A stretch of DNA of 32,000 bases, taken from contig LT962688.1 of assembly GCA_900234795.1 (NCBI GenBank), positions 4,260,001 to 4,292,000 on the forward strand, written 5' to 3'. The position numbers and the translations under genes were made by a program. Source of the stretch: Methylorubrum extorquens. GTDB taxonomy: Bacteria > Pseudomonadota > Alphaproteobacteria > Rhizobiales > Beijerinckiaceae. A model generated the notes under the pieces. The model ran no database searches and had not been told where the DNA came from. It saw only the letters and a program-made list of their open reading frames with translations. Below are positions 20,379-31,296 of this stretch, piece by piece; the stretch's first letter is position 1; each line of letters starts with the position of its first letter.

Positions 20379-20918
20379 TTGGCCGGTGTGGCGGGCCGCT
20401 ACGCGTTGGCCCTGTACGAACTGGCTCACGATCAGGGTCAGGTCGATGACGTCGCGAAGAACCTCGACGCGTTCGACGCACTCTATCGCGAGAGCGACGA
20501 CCTGCGCCGCCTCGTGCGGAGCCCGGCCTACTCGGCCGCGGAGCAGACGGCTGCCGTGGGCGCCCTGCTCGATCGGGCGGGAATCTCGGGCCTGGCCGCC
20601 AACTTCATCAAGCTCACGGCCGCCAACCGCCGCCTCTTCGCCCTGCCGGGCATGATCCGCGCCTATCGCGAGAAGGTGCGTGAATCCAAGGGCATCATCC
20701 GCGCCGAGGTCCGCGTCGCCGAGAAGCCCTCCGACGCGGTGATCGAGGACATCAAGGCCTCGCTGCGCGACGTCGCCAAAAGCGAGATCGATCTCGATCT
20801 CCACATCGACCCGAGCCTGATCGGCGGCATCGTCGTCAAGATGGGCTCGCGCATGGTCGACGCCTCGCTCCGGACCAAGCTCAACAGCATTCGCCTCGCC
20901 ATGCGGGAAGCCCGCTGA
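20379..20918 (+). CDS. atpH: F1 ATP synthase delta subunit (OSCP)
   Basis: GVAGRYALALYELA...LRRLVRSP...ANRRL...DPSLIGGIVVKMGSRMVDASLRTKLNSIRLAMRE. Start uncertain: TTG 20379 (GAGGG 8 nt upstream) is preferred. In-frame alternatives are GTG 20388 and ATG 20310, the latter giving an Arg-rich extension. See the finding on out-of-frame GTG 20348. Confidence 0.9.
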   Translation: MAGVAGRYALALYELAHDQGQVDDVAKNLDAFDALYRESDDLRRLVRSPAYSAAEQTAAVGALLDRAGISGLAANFIKLTAANRRLFALPGMIRAYREKVRESKGIIRAEVRVAEKPSDAVIEDIKASLRDVAKSEIDLDLHIDPSLIGGIVVKMGSRMVDASLRTKLNSIRLAMREAR

Positions 20919-20992
20919 GCGGTCTCGATCAGACCCTCGCGAACCTCCCGACAGCCGAACAGACAGCCCCAGACCTTTAAAGAGGCCCGACG

Positions 20993-22511
<1,519 letters not shown>

Positions 22512-22522
<11 letters not shown>

Positions 22523-22541
22523 GAACACGCCGTTCGCCTGA
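22512..22541. repeat. 11-bp exact direct repeat CGTTCGCCTGA x2 (19-bp period) spanning the atpA stop codon
   Basis: Copy 1 at 22512-22522 contains the atpA TGA (22520-22522). Copy 2 is at 22531-22541. Confidence 0.85.
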
Positions 22542-22689
22542 CGAACGCACGTCCCTTCCCGCACGCGGGAGGGGGCAGGGGTCGGGCGGTGCCGGACGAA
22601 GCTTCCGGCGCCGCTTGAGCCACCCCGACCTCCGGCTCCTCCCCGCAGGGTGAGGAGAGGCCCTTCCGAACGGACCCGGACGCCCACCG

Positions 22690-23580
22690 ATGCCCAGCTT
22701 GAAGGATCTGCGGAACCGCATCACCTCGGTGAAGGCAACGCAGAAGATCACCAAGGCGATGCAGATGGTCGCCGCCGCAAAGCTGCGGCGCGCCCAGAAT
22801 GCCGCCGAGAACGGGCGTCCCTACGCCGAGAGAATGGCCCAGGTGCTCGGCAACCTCGCCGGTAACCTGATCGGCGGCGTCGGCGCTCCGCGCCTGCTCT
22901 CCGGCACGGGTCAGGACCGGGTGCACCTGCTCGTCGTCTGCACCGGCGACCGCGGCTTGGCCGGCGCGTTCAACTCCTCGATCGCCCGTCTGGCCCGCGA
23001 CCATGCCAACCGGCTGATGGCCGACGGCAAGACCGTCAAGATCATGACGATCGGCAAGAAGGGCCTCGACGTCCTGCGCCGGCAGTTCCGCGACCAGATC
23101 ATCGCCTCGCGCGACATCCGCGGCAACAAGCCGGTCGACTACCCCTTCGCCGCCGAGATCGCCGACGACATCCTCGCCCGCTTCGAGGCCGGCGAGTTCG
23201 ACGTCGCGACGCTGTTCTACTCGGAGTTCCGTTCGGTGATCTCGCAGATCCCGACGGCGCAGAAGCTCATCCCGGCTGAGCTGCCGACGGCCGAGGGCGC
23301 TGCCGCCACGGGCGCCGGCTCCGATGCCGCGATGGAATTCGAGCCGAACGAGGAGACGATCCTCGAGACGCTGCTGCCGAAGAACCTCACCGTCCAGATC
23401 TTCCGGGCGCTGCTCGAGAACGCCGCCTCCGAGCAGGGCGCACGCATGAGCGCCATGGATTCGGCGACCCGCAACGCGGGCGAGATGATCAAGAAGCAGA
23501 CGCTGATCTACAACCGGACGCGTCAGGCCATGATCACCAAGGAACTCATCGAGATCATTTCGGGCGCGGAAGCGCTCTGA
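22690..23580 (+). CDS. atpG: F1 ATP synthase gamma subunit
   Basis: [37 protein letters not shown]-terminus and conserved C-terminus [18 protein letters not shown]. 296 aa. Confidence 0.97.
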   Translation: MPSLKDLRNRITSVKATQKITKAMQMVAAAKLRRAQNAAENGRPYAERMAQVLGNLAGNLIGGVGAPRLLSGTGQDRVHLLVVCTGDRGLAGAFNSSIARLARDHANRLMADGKTVKIMTIGKKGLDVLRRQFRDQIIASRDIRGNKPVDYPFAAEIADDILARFEAGEFDVATLFYSEFRSVISQIPTAQKLIPAELPTAEGAAATGAGSDAAMEFEPNEETILETLLPKNLTVQIFRALLENAASEQGARMSAMDSATRNAGEMIKKQTLIYNRTRQAMITKELIEIISGAEAL

Positions 23581-25062
<1,482 letters not shown>

Positions 25063-25083
25063 GGCACGGGCGCGGGAACGATC

Positions 25084-25335
25084 GTGAACGCCAAGGTCGT
25101 TCTCCTTCTCGTCGGCGTCGTGGTCGGGGGCCTCGTCGGCTACCTGACCCGGCCGCAGGCCGCCGAGCTCAAGCTCGGCCCGCTCAGCGTCGAGATCCAG
25201 GACAAGGACTCGGCGGCGGGCGCACGCGGCGGAGAGCTGACCACCGGCCAGCTCCAGCATGTCGGGCTGTTCGCCCTGATCGGCGCCGTGATCGGCTTCG
25301 GAGCAGGCTTCGTCGCCGACCGCAGCCGGCGCTGA
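25084..25335 (+). CDS. Small hypothetical two-TM membrane protein encoded between atpD and atpC
   Basis: GTG start 21 nt after the atpD stop; the ORF ends 26 nt before the atpC ATG. Third codon positions are almost all G/C. TM1 is VVLLLVGVVVGGLVGYL, followed by a polar loop, Gly-rich TM2 VGLFALIGAVIGFGAGFV, and the basic tail DRSRR. Family not recognised. Confidence 0.6.
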   Translation: MNAKVVLLLVGVVVGGLVGYLTRPQAAELKLGPLSVEIQDKDSAAGARGGELTTGQLQHVGLFALIGAVIGFGAGFVADRSRR

Positions 25336-25361
25336 CATCCAACCTCGGGACCTGATTGACG

Positions 25362-25763
25362 ATGGCCACCTTCCACTTCGATTTCGTCGGCCCCGAGCGG
25401 ACGCTGTATTCCGGCGAAGTCGAGGCCGTGCAGCTTCCCGGCTCCGAGGGCGAGATGACCGTGCTGCCGGGCCACGCCCCGGTGCTGACCACCCTCAAGG
25501 TCGGCGTCATCACCGTCACGGAGACGACCGGCAACGGCATGCGCATCTACGTCCAGGGCGGCTTTGCCGATATCGGACCGAAGAGCGTGACCGTTCTGGC
25601 CGAGCGCGCCGCGCCGATCGAGGAGGTCACCCCCGGCATGATCGACCGGGAGATCGAGGCGGTGGAACTCGTCCGCGACGCGACCCAGGATCTCGCCAAG
25701 CGCGAGGCGCTGAACGCCCAGATCGTTCAGATGCAGGAAGCCAAGAACACGCTGAGCCGCTAA
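25362..25763 (+). CDS. atpC: F1 ATP synthase epsilon subunit
   Basis: MATFHFDFVGPERTLYSGEVEAVQLPGSEGEMTVLPGHAPVLTTL is the typical epsilon beta-sandwich N-terminus, followed by a helical C-terminus. ATG 25362; the ORF-track TTG 25356 is two codons upstream. Confidence 0.95.
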   Translation: MATFHFDFVGPERTLYSGEVEAVQLPGSEGEMTVLPGHAPVLTTLKVGVITVTETTGNGMRIYVQGGFADIGPKSVTVLAERAAPIEEVTPGMIDREIEAVELVRDATQDLAKREALNAQIVQMQEAKNTLSR

Positions 25764-25788
25764 TTTTCGTCAGAGCTTCGAAATTTGG

Positions 25789-25816
25789 AAGGCGCTGGGA
25801 AACCGGCGCCTTTTTT
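25789..25816 (+). terminator. Rho-independent terminator of the atp F1 operon
   Basis: AAGGCGCTGG (25789-25798), GAAA tetraloop, CCGGCGCCTT (25803-12, with one G-U pair), running into T6 (25811-25816) and GGTTTT. It sits 26 nt after the atpC stop, between the convergent atpC and cca genes. Confidence 0.85.
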
Positions 25817-25860
25817 GGTTTTGCGCCCGGGTCGTGCGCGGACGCTGCCGAAAGCGCGGG

Positions 25861-27135
25861 CTACGGCGCTGCCGCGGCTTCCAGCGCCCGCGCGATCAGC
25901 CGCTCGCGCGTCTCGGCGTCGTCCCGGCATCCGCTGGCGAGCCAGAGGTCCCGGGCCGCCCGCAACCCCGCACCGACCGCCCGGCCCGGTGCGACGCCGC
26001 GCGCCACGAGGTCGGCGCCTGTGACCGGGAGGACGGGGCGCGTGCCGGCGGCTTCCATCCGGTTGAGTTTGGTGCACGCCTCCGGTGTCACGCGCGGGCG
26101 CGGCTCGCCGTCGAGGGCGATCAGCAACTCACGCAGGGGCCCGGCGCCATAGGTGGCGACGAGCGCCGGCACCGCGTCGGCCTCGATCACCGGCCGGTCG
26201 TGCACGGCCGCGAGGGCGATGGCGTAGCCGGTGAGGCGCGCGTGCTCGGCCCGCGACAGGCGAAGGCTCGCTTGCAGCCGGTCCGCGTCCTCGATCGTCC
26301 GCACCGCGAGCGCGGCGAAGCGCGCCGTGGCGTCGAGGCCCGGCTCGGCCGCCGCGCAGCGGGCGAGCCGGCCCAGTTCGCCAACGCCGCCGAGGATGCG
26401 GGGAAGCAGGCCGGTCTCGCTCAAGATCGCCACGGCATCGACGGCGCGGGGCGCGAGTAGCAGCTTCAGGAACTCGGCGCGCACCCGCTCCCGCGAGAGC
26501 CGGTCGAGGCTGTCACGCGCGGCGACGGAGGCGGCGAGGCCCTCTGCGTCCGGTGCGCCGCTCCCGTAGCGGGCGTGGAAGCGGAAGAAGCGCAGCAGCC
26601 GCAACGCATCCTCGCGCAGGCGGGTCGCGGCGTCGCCGATGAAGCGCACCCGGCCGGCGGCGAGGTCGGCGACACCCCCGGTCGTGTCGTGCAGGCGCCC
26701 CTCGGCATCGAGCGAGAGGGCATTGATGGTGAAGTCGCGCCGCTCGGCATCGCGAACGAAGTCGCGGCCGAAACGCACCACCGCGTGGCGCCCGTCGGTC
26801 TCCACGTCCTCGCGCAGGGTCGTCACCTCGTGCGGCTCGCCGCCGACGACGAGGGTGACCGTGCCGTGCTCGATCCCCGTGCCCACCGCCTTGATCCCGG
26901 CGGCGCGGGCGCAGGCCATCACGGCCTCGGGCCGCAGCGTGGTGGCGAGGTCGATGTCGGCGACGATGGTGCCCAGCAGCGCGTCGCGCACGCAGCCGCC
27001 GACGAGGCGCGTTTCCTCGCCCGGCGCATCGAGCGCGGCGAGGCAGGCTTGCACGCCCGCCCGCGCCAGGAGGCGGGCCGGCCCGTCCGCGACCAGCGGC
27101 GGGGCAACGGATGAGGGCAGCGGGTCGGTGGTCAT
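25861..27135 (-). CDS. cca: CCA-adding enzyme / poly(A) polymerase-family tRNA nucleotidyltransferase
   Basis: LVGGCVRDALLG...DIDLAT (GG-x-VRD and DxD catalytic motifs) and RRDFTINAL. ATG 27135 (MTTDPLP) overlaps the stop of the upstream small ORF (ATGA 27132-27135). The ORF-track start 27429 is an Arg/Pro-rich extension. Confidence 0.9.
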   Translation of the reverse strand: MTTDPLPSSVAPPLVADGPARLLARAGVQACLAALDAPGEETRLVGGCVRDALLGTIVADIDLATTLRPEAVMACARAAGIKAVGTGIEHGTVTLVVGGEPHEVTTLREDVETDGRHAVVRFGRDFVRDAERRDFTINALSLDAEGRLHDTTGGVADLAAGRVRFIGDAATRLREDALRLLRFFRFHARYGSGAPDAEGLAASVAARDSLDRLSRERVRAEFLKLLLAPRAVDAVAILSETGLLPRILGGVGELGRLARCAAAEPGLDATARFAALAVRTIEDADRLQASLRLSRAEHARLTGYAIALAAVHDRPVIEADAVPALVATYGAGPLRELLIALDGEPRPRVTPEACTKLNRMEAAGTRPVLPVTGADLVARGVAPGRAVGAGLRAARDLWLASGCRDDAETRERLIARALEAAAAP

Positions 27136-27389
27136 CGGAAATGGCCCGGCACCAGCCGGCCGTTCTCGAAGCGCGGCAGCTCGTAGCCGTCGTGGGTGCG
27201 CTGCCCGAGCAGGCCGACCGCGACGAGGGAGGCGATGACGATGAACAGACCGGCCAGGATCAGCCGCGTCCAGTGCGGCTTCCACTCGGCATGGTCGAGC
27301 GGCGAGCGCCGGGCGAACAGCAGCCAGCCCGCGAAGGCCAGGAAGGGCAGGGAGAACAGGAGGATTTCCTGAAGGACGAGGCGGAGCAT
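27132..27389 (-). CDS. Small two-TM membrane protein (possibly DUF6111-like; name from memory, uncertain)
   Basis: MLRLVLQEILLFSLPFLAFAGWLLFA (TM1) and TRLILAGLFIVIASLVAVGLLG (TM2). Good G/C third positions. 4-nt overlap with the cca start. Confidence 0.65.
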   Translation of the reverse strand: MLRLVLQEILLFSLPFLAFAGWLLFARRSPLDHAEWKPHWTRLILAGLFIVIASLVAVGLLGQRTHDGYELPRFENGRLVPGHFR

Positions 27390-27438
27390 GGATGGCGCAA
27401 TCTGCGAGGGGCCGTGGGGCGCCCGTCAAGCGTCGAGG

Positions 27439-27465
27439 CGTTCAGGGATCAAGACGTTCAGGGAT
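27439..27465. repeat. 11-bp exact direct repeat CGTTCAGGGAT x2 (16-bp period) spanning the CoA-pyrophosphatase stop codon
   Basis: Copy 1 is at 27439-27449. Copy 2 at 27455-27465 contains the minus-strand stop (TCA 27458-27460). A partial third GGCGTTC lies at 27469-27475. Confidence 0.85.
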
Positions 27466-28141
27466 AAAGGCGTTCTTGGAGGTTGTGCACGATCCCTGCC
27501 GTGACGCCCCAGATCAGGTGCTCGGCGAAGGGGATGGCGTAGAAATAGCGCGTCCGGCCCTTCCATTCCGCCGAACGGACGAGATGCCGCGCCGGGTCCA
27601 TGAGGAAGGCGAGCGGCACCTCGAACACGGCCGCCACCTCCGCCGGGTTCGGCCGCAGCACGGCGTCGCGCGCCACGAGCCCAACCACCGGCATCACGAG
27701 GAAGCCGGTGCCGGAGAGATAGGGATCGAGATAGCCGAGCGGGCGCACGGCGTCGCTCTCAAGCCCGATCTCCTCCCAGGCCTCGCGCAAAGCGGTGTCG
27801 ATCGGCGTGGTATCCTCCGGATCGACCTTGCCGCCGGGAAAGGCGACCTGCCCCGAATGGTCGCGCAGATGCGCCGCCCGCTTCGTGAACAGCAGCGTCG
27901 GTCCCTCGGGACGGTCGATCACAGGCACCAGCACCGCCGCCGGCCGGTGCGGCGTGGCCGGCGCAACGGAAAAACCCTCCGGCTGGAGGTCGTGGTCGCC
28001 GCGCGGGTTCGACAACGGCACGCCCGGCCCCGGCGGCACGTGGCTCAGGCGGGTTTCCGCCCGCGCCAGGAAGGCATCGAGGCCGAAATCCTCCGCGAGC
28101 CCGTCCGCCACGGGCCCGGCCGCCGCCTCGGACAGCCTCAC
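27458..28141 (-). CDS. nudL: CoA pyrophosphatase (Nudix, NudL-type)
   Basis: LFTKRAAHLRDHSGQVAFPGG fits the CoA-Nudix signature [LM]-[LF]-T-x-R-[SA]-x3-[RK]-x3-G-x3-F-P-G-G, followed by the Nudix box LREAWEEIGL. GTG 28141 overlaps the DUF1285 stop (GTGA). Confidence 0.9.
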   Translation of the reverse strand: MRLSEAAAGPVADGLAEDFGLDAFLARAETRLSHVPPGPGVPLSNPRGDHDLQPEGFSVAPATPHRPAAVLVPVIDRPEGPTLLFTKRAAHLRDHSGQVAFPGGKVDPEDTTPIDTALREAWEEIGLESDAVRPLGYLDPYLSGTGFLVMPVVGLVARDAVLRPNPAEVAAVFEVPLAFLMDPARHLVRSAEWKGRTRYFYAIPFAEHLIWGVTAGIVHNLQERLYP

Positions 28142-28719
28142 GCCGCCTCAGCCGGGGCGATGCGGTGGAAATGCTCTCCGGCCCAGAGCCCGAACCACCG
28201 CTGCCCGTCGATCTCGCGCTCTTCGCCCATCTCCACGAGATCGTAGGTGAGGGGGCGGGTGACCAGGGCCCAGAGGTCGCGGCGGACATGGAGGTAGGGC
28301 TTGAGACCCTCCGCCCCGTCCTCGAAGCGCAAGCGATGCTCGGCATCGGCCGAGACGAGGTCGTCCACATTGGTGCGGAAGGCGATGCGGCGGCCTTCGC
28401 CCTCGCCCTCCACCGCCATCTCCACGGCTGCGAATGCCGCATCCTCGACGGTGATGCGGACTTTCTCGGCCGGTGTGACGAGCACGGTCGAGCCGTCGGG
28501 CTCTTTGCGCAGGATCGAGGCGAAGAGCTTGACCAGCTTCGGCCGCCGGATCGCCGAGCCGTCGTGAAACCACGTGCCGTCGGCGGCGATGCGGATGTCG
28601 ATCGTGCCGCAATGCTCCGGATTCCAGCGCTCCACCGGCGGCAGGCCGCGTTTGCCGATCTCGCCGAGGGCGGCGCTGAGGCGGGCGAGCGCCGGATCGT
28701 CGGGTGTGCTCTGGGTCAT
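28138..28719 (-). CDS. DUF1285 family protein (function unknown)
   Basis: MTQSTPDDPALARLSAALGEIGKRGLPPVERWNPEHCGTIDIRIAADGTWFHDGSAIRRPKLVKLFASIL..., 193 aa. I recognise the WxP.HCG..D.RI..DG.W.H.GS.I motif as DUF1285-like. Only the last 193 codons of ORF-track entry 28138..30705 are used. ATG 28719 overlaps the PaaI stop (ATGA). Confidence 0.8.
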   Translation of the reverse strand: MTQSTPDDPALARLSAALGEIGKRGLPPVERWNPEHCGTIDIRIAADGTWFHDGSAIRRPKLVKLFASILRKEPDGSTVLVTPAEKVRITVEDAAFAAVEMAVEGEGEGRRIAFRTNVDDLVSADAEHRLRFEDGAEGLKPYLHVRRDLWALVTRPLTYDLVEMGEEREIDGQRWFGLWAGEHFHRIAPAEAA

Positions 28720-29150
28720 GATTTGTCGCCGGGCTTGTCCCGCAAAACCTTCCAGATTCCCGTCACCGCCGCCAGAGGTCGGCCGCCGCTGGTGAGCGTG
28801 CCGCGCACGAAGACGAGGGACGCGGTCTTCCGCACGATCTCCGGCACCGTCTCGATCAGGTCGCCGATCTGGGCGGCGCCGACGAACTGGCTCGACATCT
28901 CGATCGTCACCGCGCGGGCCCCGTCGCAGGCGTCGCGCACGACGATGCTGAGCGCCCGGTCGGCGAAGGTGAGCAGCATGCCGCCATGGACGATGCCGAC
29001 GAGGTTGCCGTGCCGCTCGTCGGTGCGGAAGGCGAACGCTTTCGTGCCCTCGACCGTCCGGTGATAGACCGGCCCGACATGGGCGATGAAGCCCGGATCG
29101 GTGAAAGCCTCCCACCCCTCGGGGAAGGCCGTGCGCTCCTCGTCCGTCAT
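28716..29150 (-). CDS. PaaI-family (hotdog fold) acyl-CoA thioesterase
   Basis: NLVGIVHGGMLLTFADRAL is the typical PaaI/4HBT active-site segment. 144 aa from ATG 29150 (MTDEERTAF...). The ORF-track start 29336 adds 62 Arg/Ala-rich codons. Confidence 0.82.
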   Translation of the reverse strand: MTDEERTAFPEGWEAFTDPGFIAHVGPVYHRTVEGTKAFAFRTDERHGNLVGIVHGGMLLTFADRALSIVVRDACDGARAVTIEMSSQFVGAAQIGDLIETVPEIVRKTASLVFVRGTLTSGGRPLAAVTGIWKVLRDKPGDKS

Positions 29151-29346
29151 CCGGTCTCGCCTTCCTCGGGGCGGGTGCGTGCCGCCCGCGATGCACGATG
29201 TCGCGGGCGTCCTGCCCGCCGCGTCTGGAGCGCCCATATAGTGCCGATCTGCCGCGCGGCAGCGCCGCGCTTGCGTTCGGCCCGCGTTCGGCGCCAGACT
29301 CCGCACTTTCCGGGCCTCCGCGCCCGGCCATCGCAAGGTTCACTTC

Positions 29347-30357
<1,011 letters not shown>

Positions 30358-30368
30358 GCCCGCCGCGG

Positions 30369-31283
30369 ATGGCCTCCACCCGGCTCGTCGAGGCCGAGAG
30401 CCGCCGCCCCGGTGGCCCCGAAACCGGTGGCGCCCTGGCGCTCGCCGAGGTGATGCCGCGGCTCGTGCTCGAATCGCGGCGCGTCTCCGGCACCCTGGCG
30501 CACGGCCTGCACGGACGCCGCCGCGCGGGGCCGGGCGAGAGCTTCTGGCAGTTCCGCCCCTTCGTGCCCGGCGAGGCGGCGGCTCGCGTCGACTGGCGCC
30601 GCTCTGCCCGCGACGACCGGCTCTATGTGCGTGAGCGCGAGTGGGAGGCGGCCCACAACATCTGGATCTGGATCGACCGCTCCGCCTCCATGGGCTTCGC
30701 CTCAAGTCTCGCCCAGACCTCCAAGGTCGAGCGGGCGCTGGTGCTGGGGCTGGCGCTGGCCGACACGTTCGTGGAGGGCGGCGAGCGCGTCGGCCTGCTC
30801 GGGCTCACCCGTTCCAGCGCGACGCGCGGCATCGTGGAGCGGCTTGCCCAGGCGCTCGTCAACGACCGCGCTGGCTTGACCCAGGATCTGCCGCCGGGAG
30901 CGACGCCCGGCCGGTTCGACGAAGTGGTGCTGATCAGCGATTTCCTCACGCCGCTGGATCGGGTGCGCAGCGCCGTGCAGACGATCTCGGCGCGCGGCAC
31001 CCACGGCCATCTCGTGCTGGTGGCCGATCCGGTGGAGGAGACCTTCCCCTTCACCGGCCAGGCGGTTCTGCACGATCCCGAGGGCGGCCTCAGCCTCGAT
31101 ATCGGCGAGGCCTCGGCATGGGGCGAGGCCTATCGCACCCGCATCGCGGCCCATCGCGACGGCCTGTCCGAGATCGCCCGACAGCGGGGCTGGACGCTGA
31201 CGATCCACCGGACCGACCGGCCGGCGAGCGAGGCGGCGCTGCGGCTGCTGACTCTCGTCGCCGCCGCGCGCGGCCTCGGCTGA
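30369..31283 (+). CDS. DUF58 (vWA-like) protein, MoxR partner
   Basis: FWQFRPFVPGEAAARVDWRRSARDDRLYVREREWE is the DUF58 signature region, then IWIDRSASM. ATG 30369 is 11 nt after the MoxR stop. The ORF-track start 30150 overlaps MoxR. Confidence 0.85.
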   Translation: MASTRLVEAESRRPGGPETGGALALAEVMPRLVLESRRVSGTLAHGLHGRRRAGPGESFWQFRPFVPGEAAARVDWRRSARDDRLYVREREWEAAHNIWIWIDRSASMGFASSLAQTSKVERALVLGLALADTFVEGGERVGLLGLTRSSATRGIVERLAQALVNDRAGLTQDLPPGATPGRFDEVVLISDFLTPLDRVRSAVQTISARGTHGHLVLVADPVEETFPFTGQAVLHDPEGGLSLDIGEASAWGEAYRTRIAAHRDGLSEIARQRGWTLTIHRTDRPASEAALRLLTLVAAARGLG

Positions 31284-31296
31284 AAGGCGAAGCGCA

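Noticed and set aside
29275-29289. GTTC-N7-GTTC (alphaproteobacterial LexA/SOS-box-like direct repeat) in the PaaI/MoxR divergent region, next to a 14-bp palindrome CTGCCGCGCGGCAG (29249-29262)
   Set aside because: Only 8 specified bases. My rough estimate is that about one such match is expected by chance on two strands of 32 kb. Neither flanking operon is a typical SOS gene. A genome-wide LexA-box PWM scan would be needed to take this seriously.
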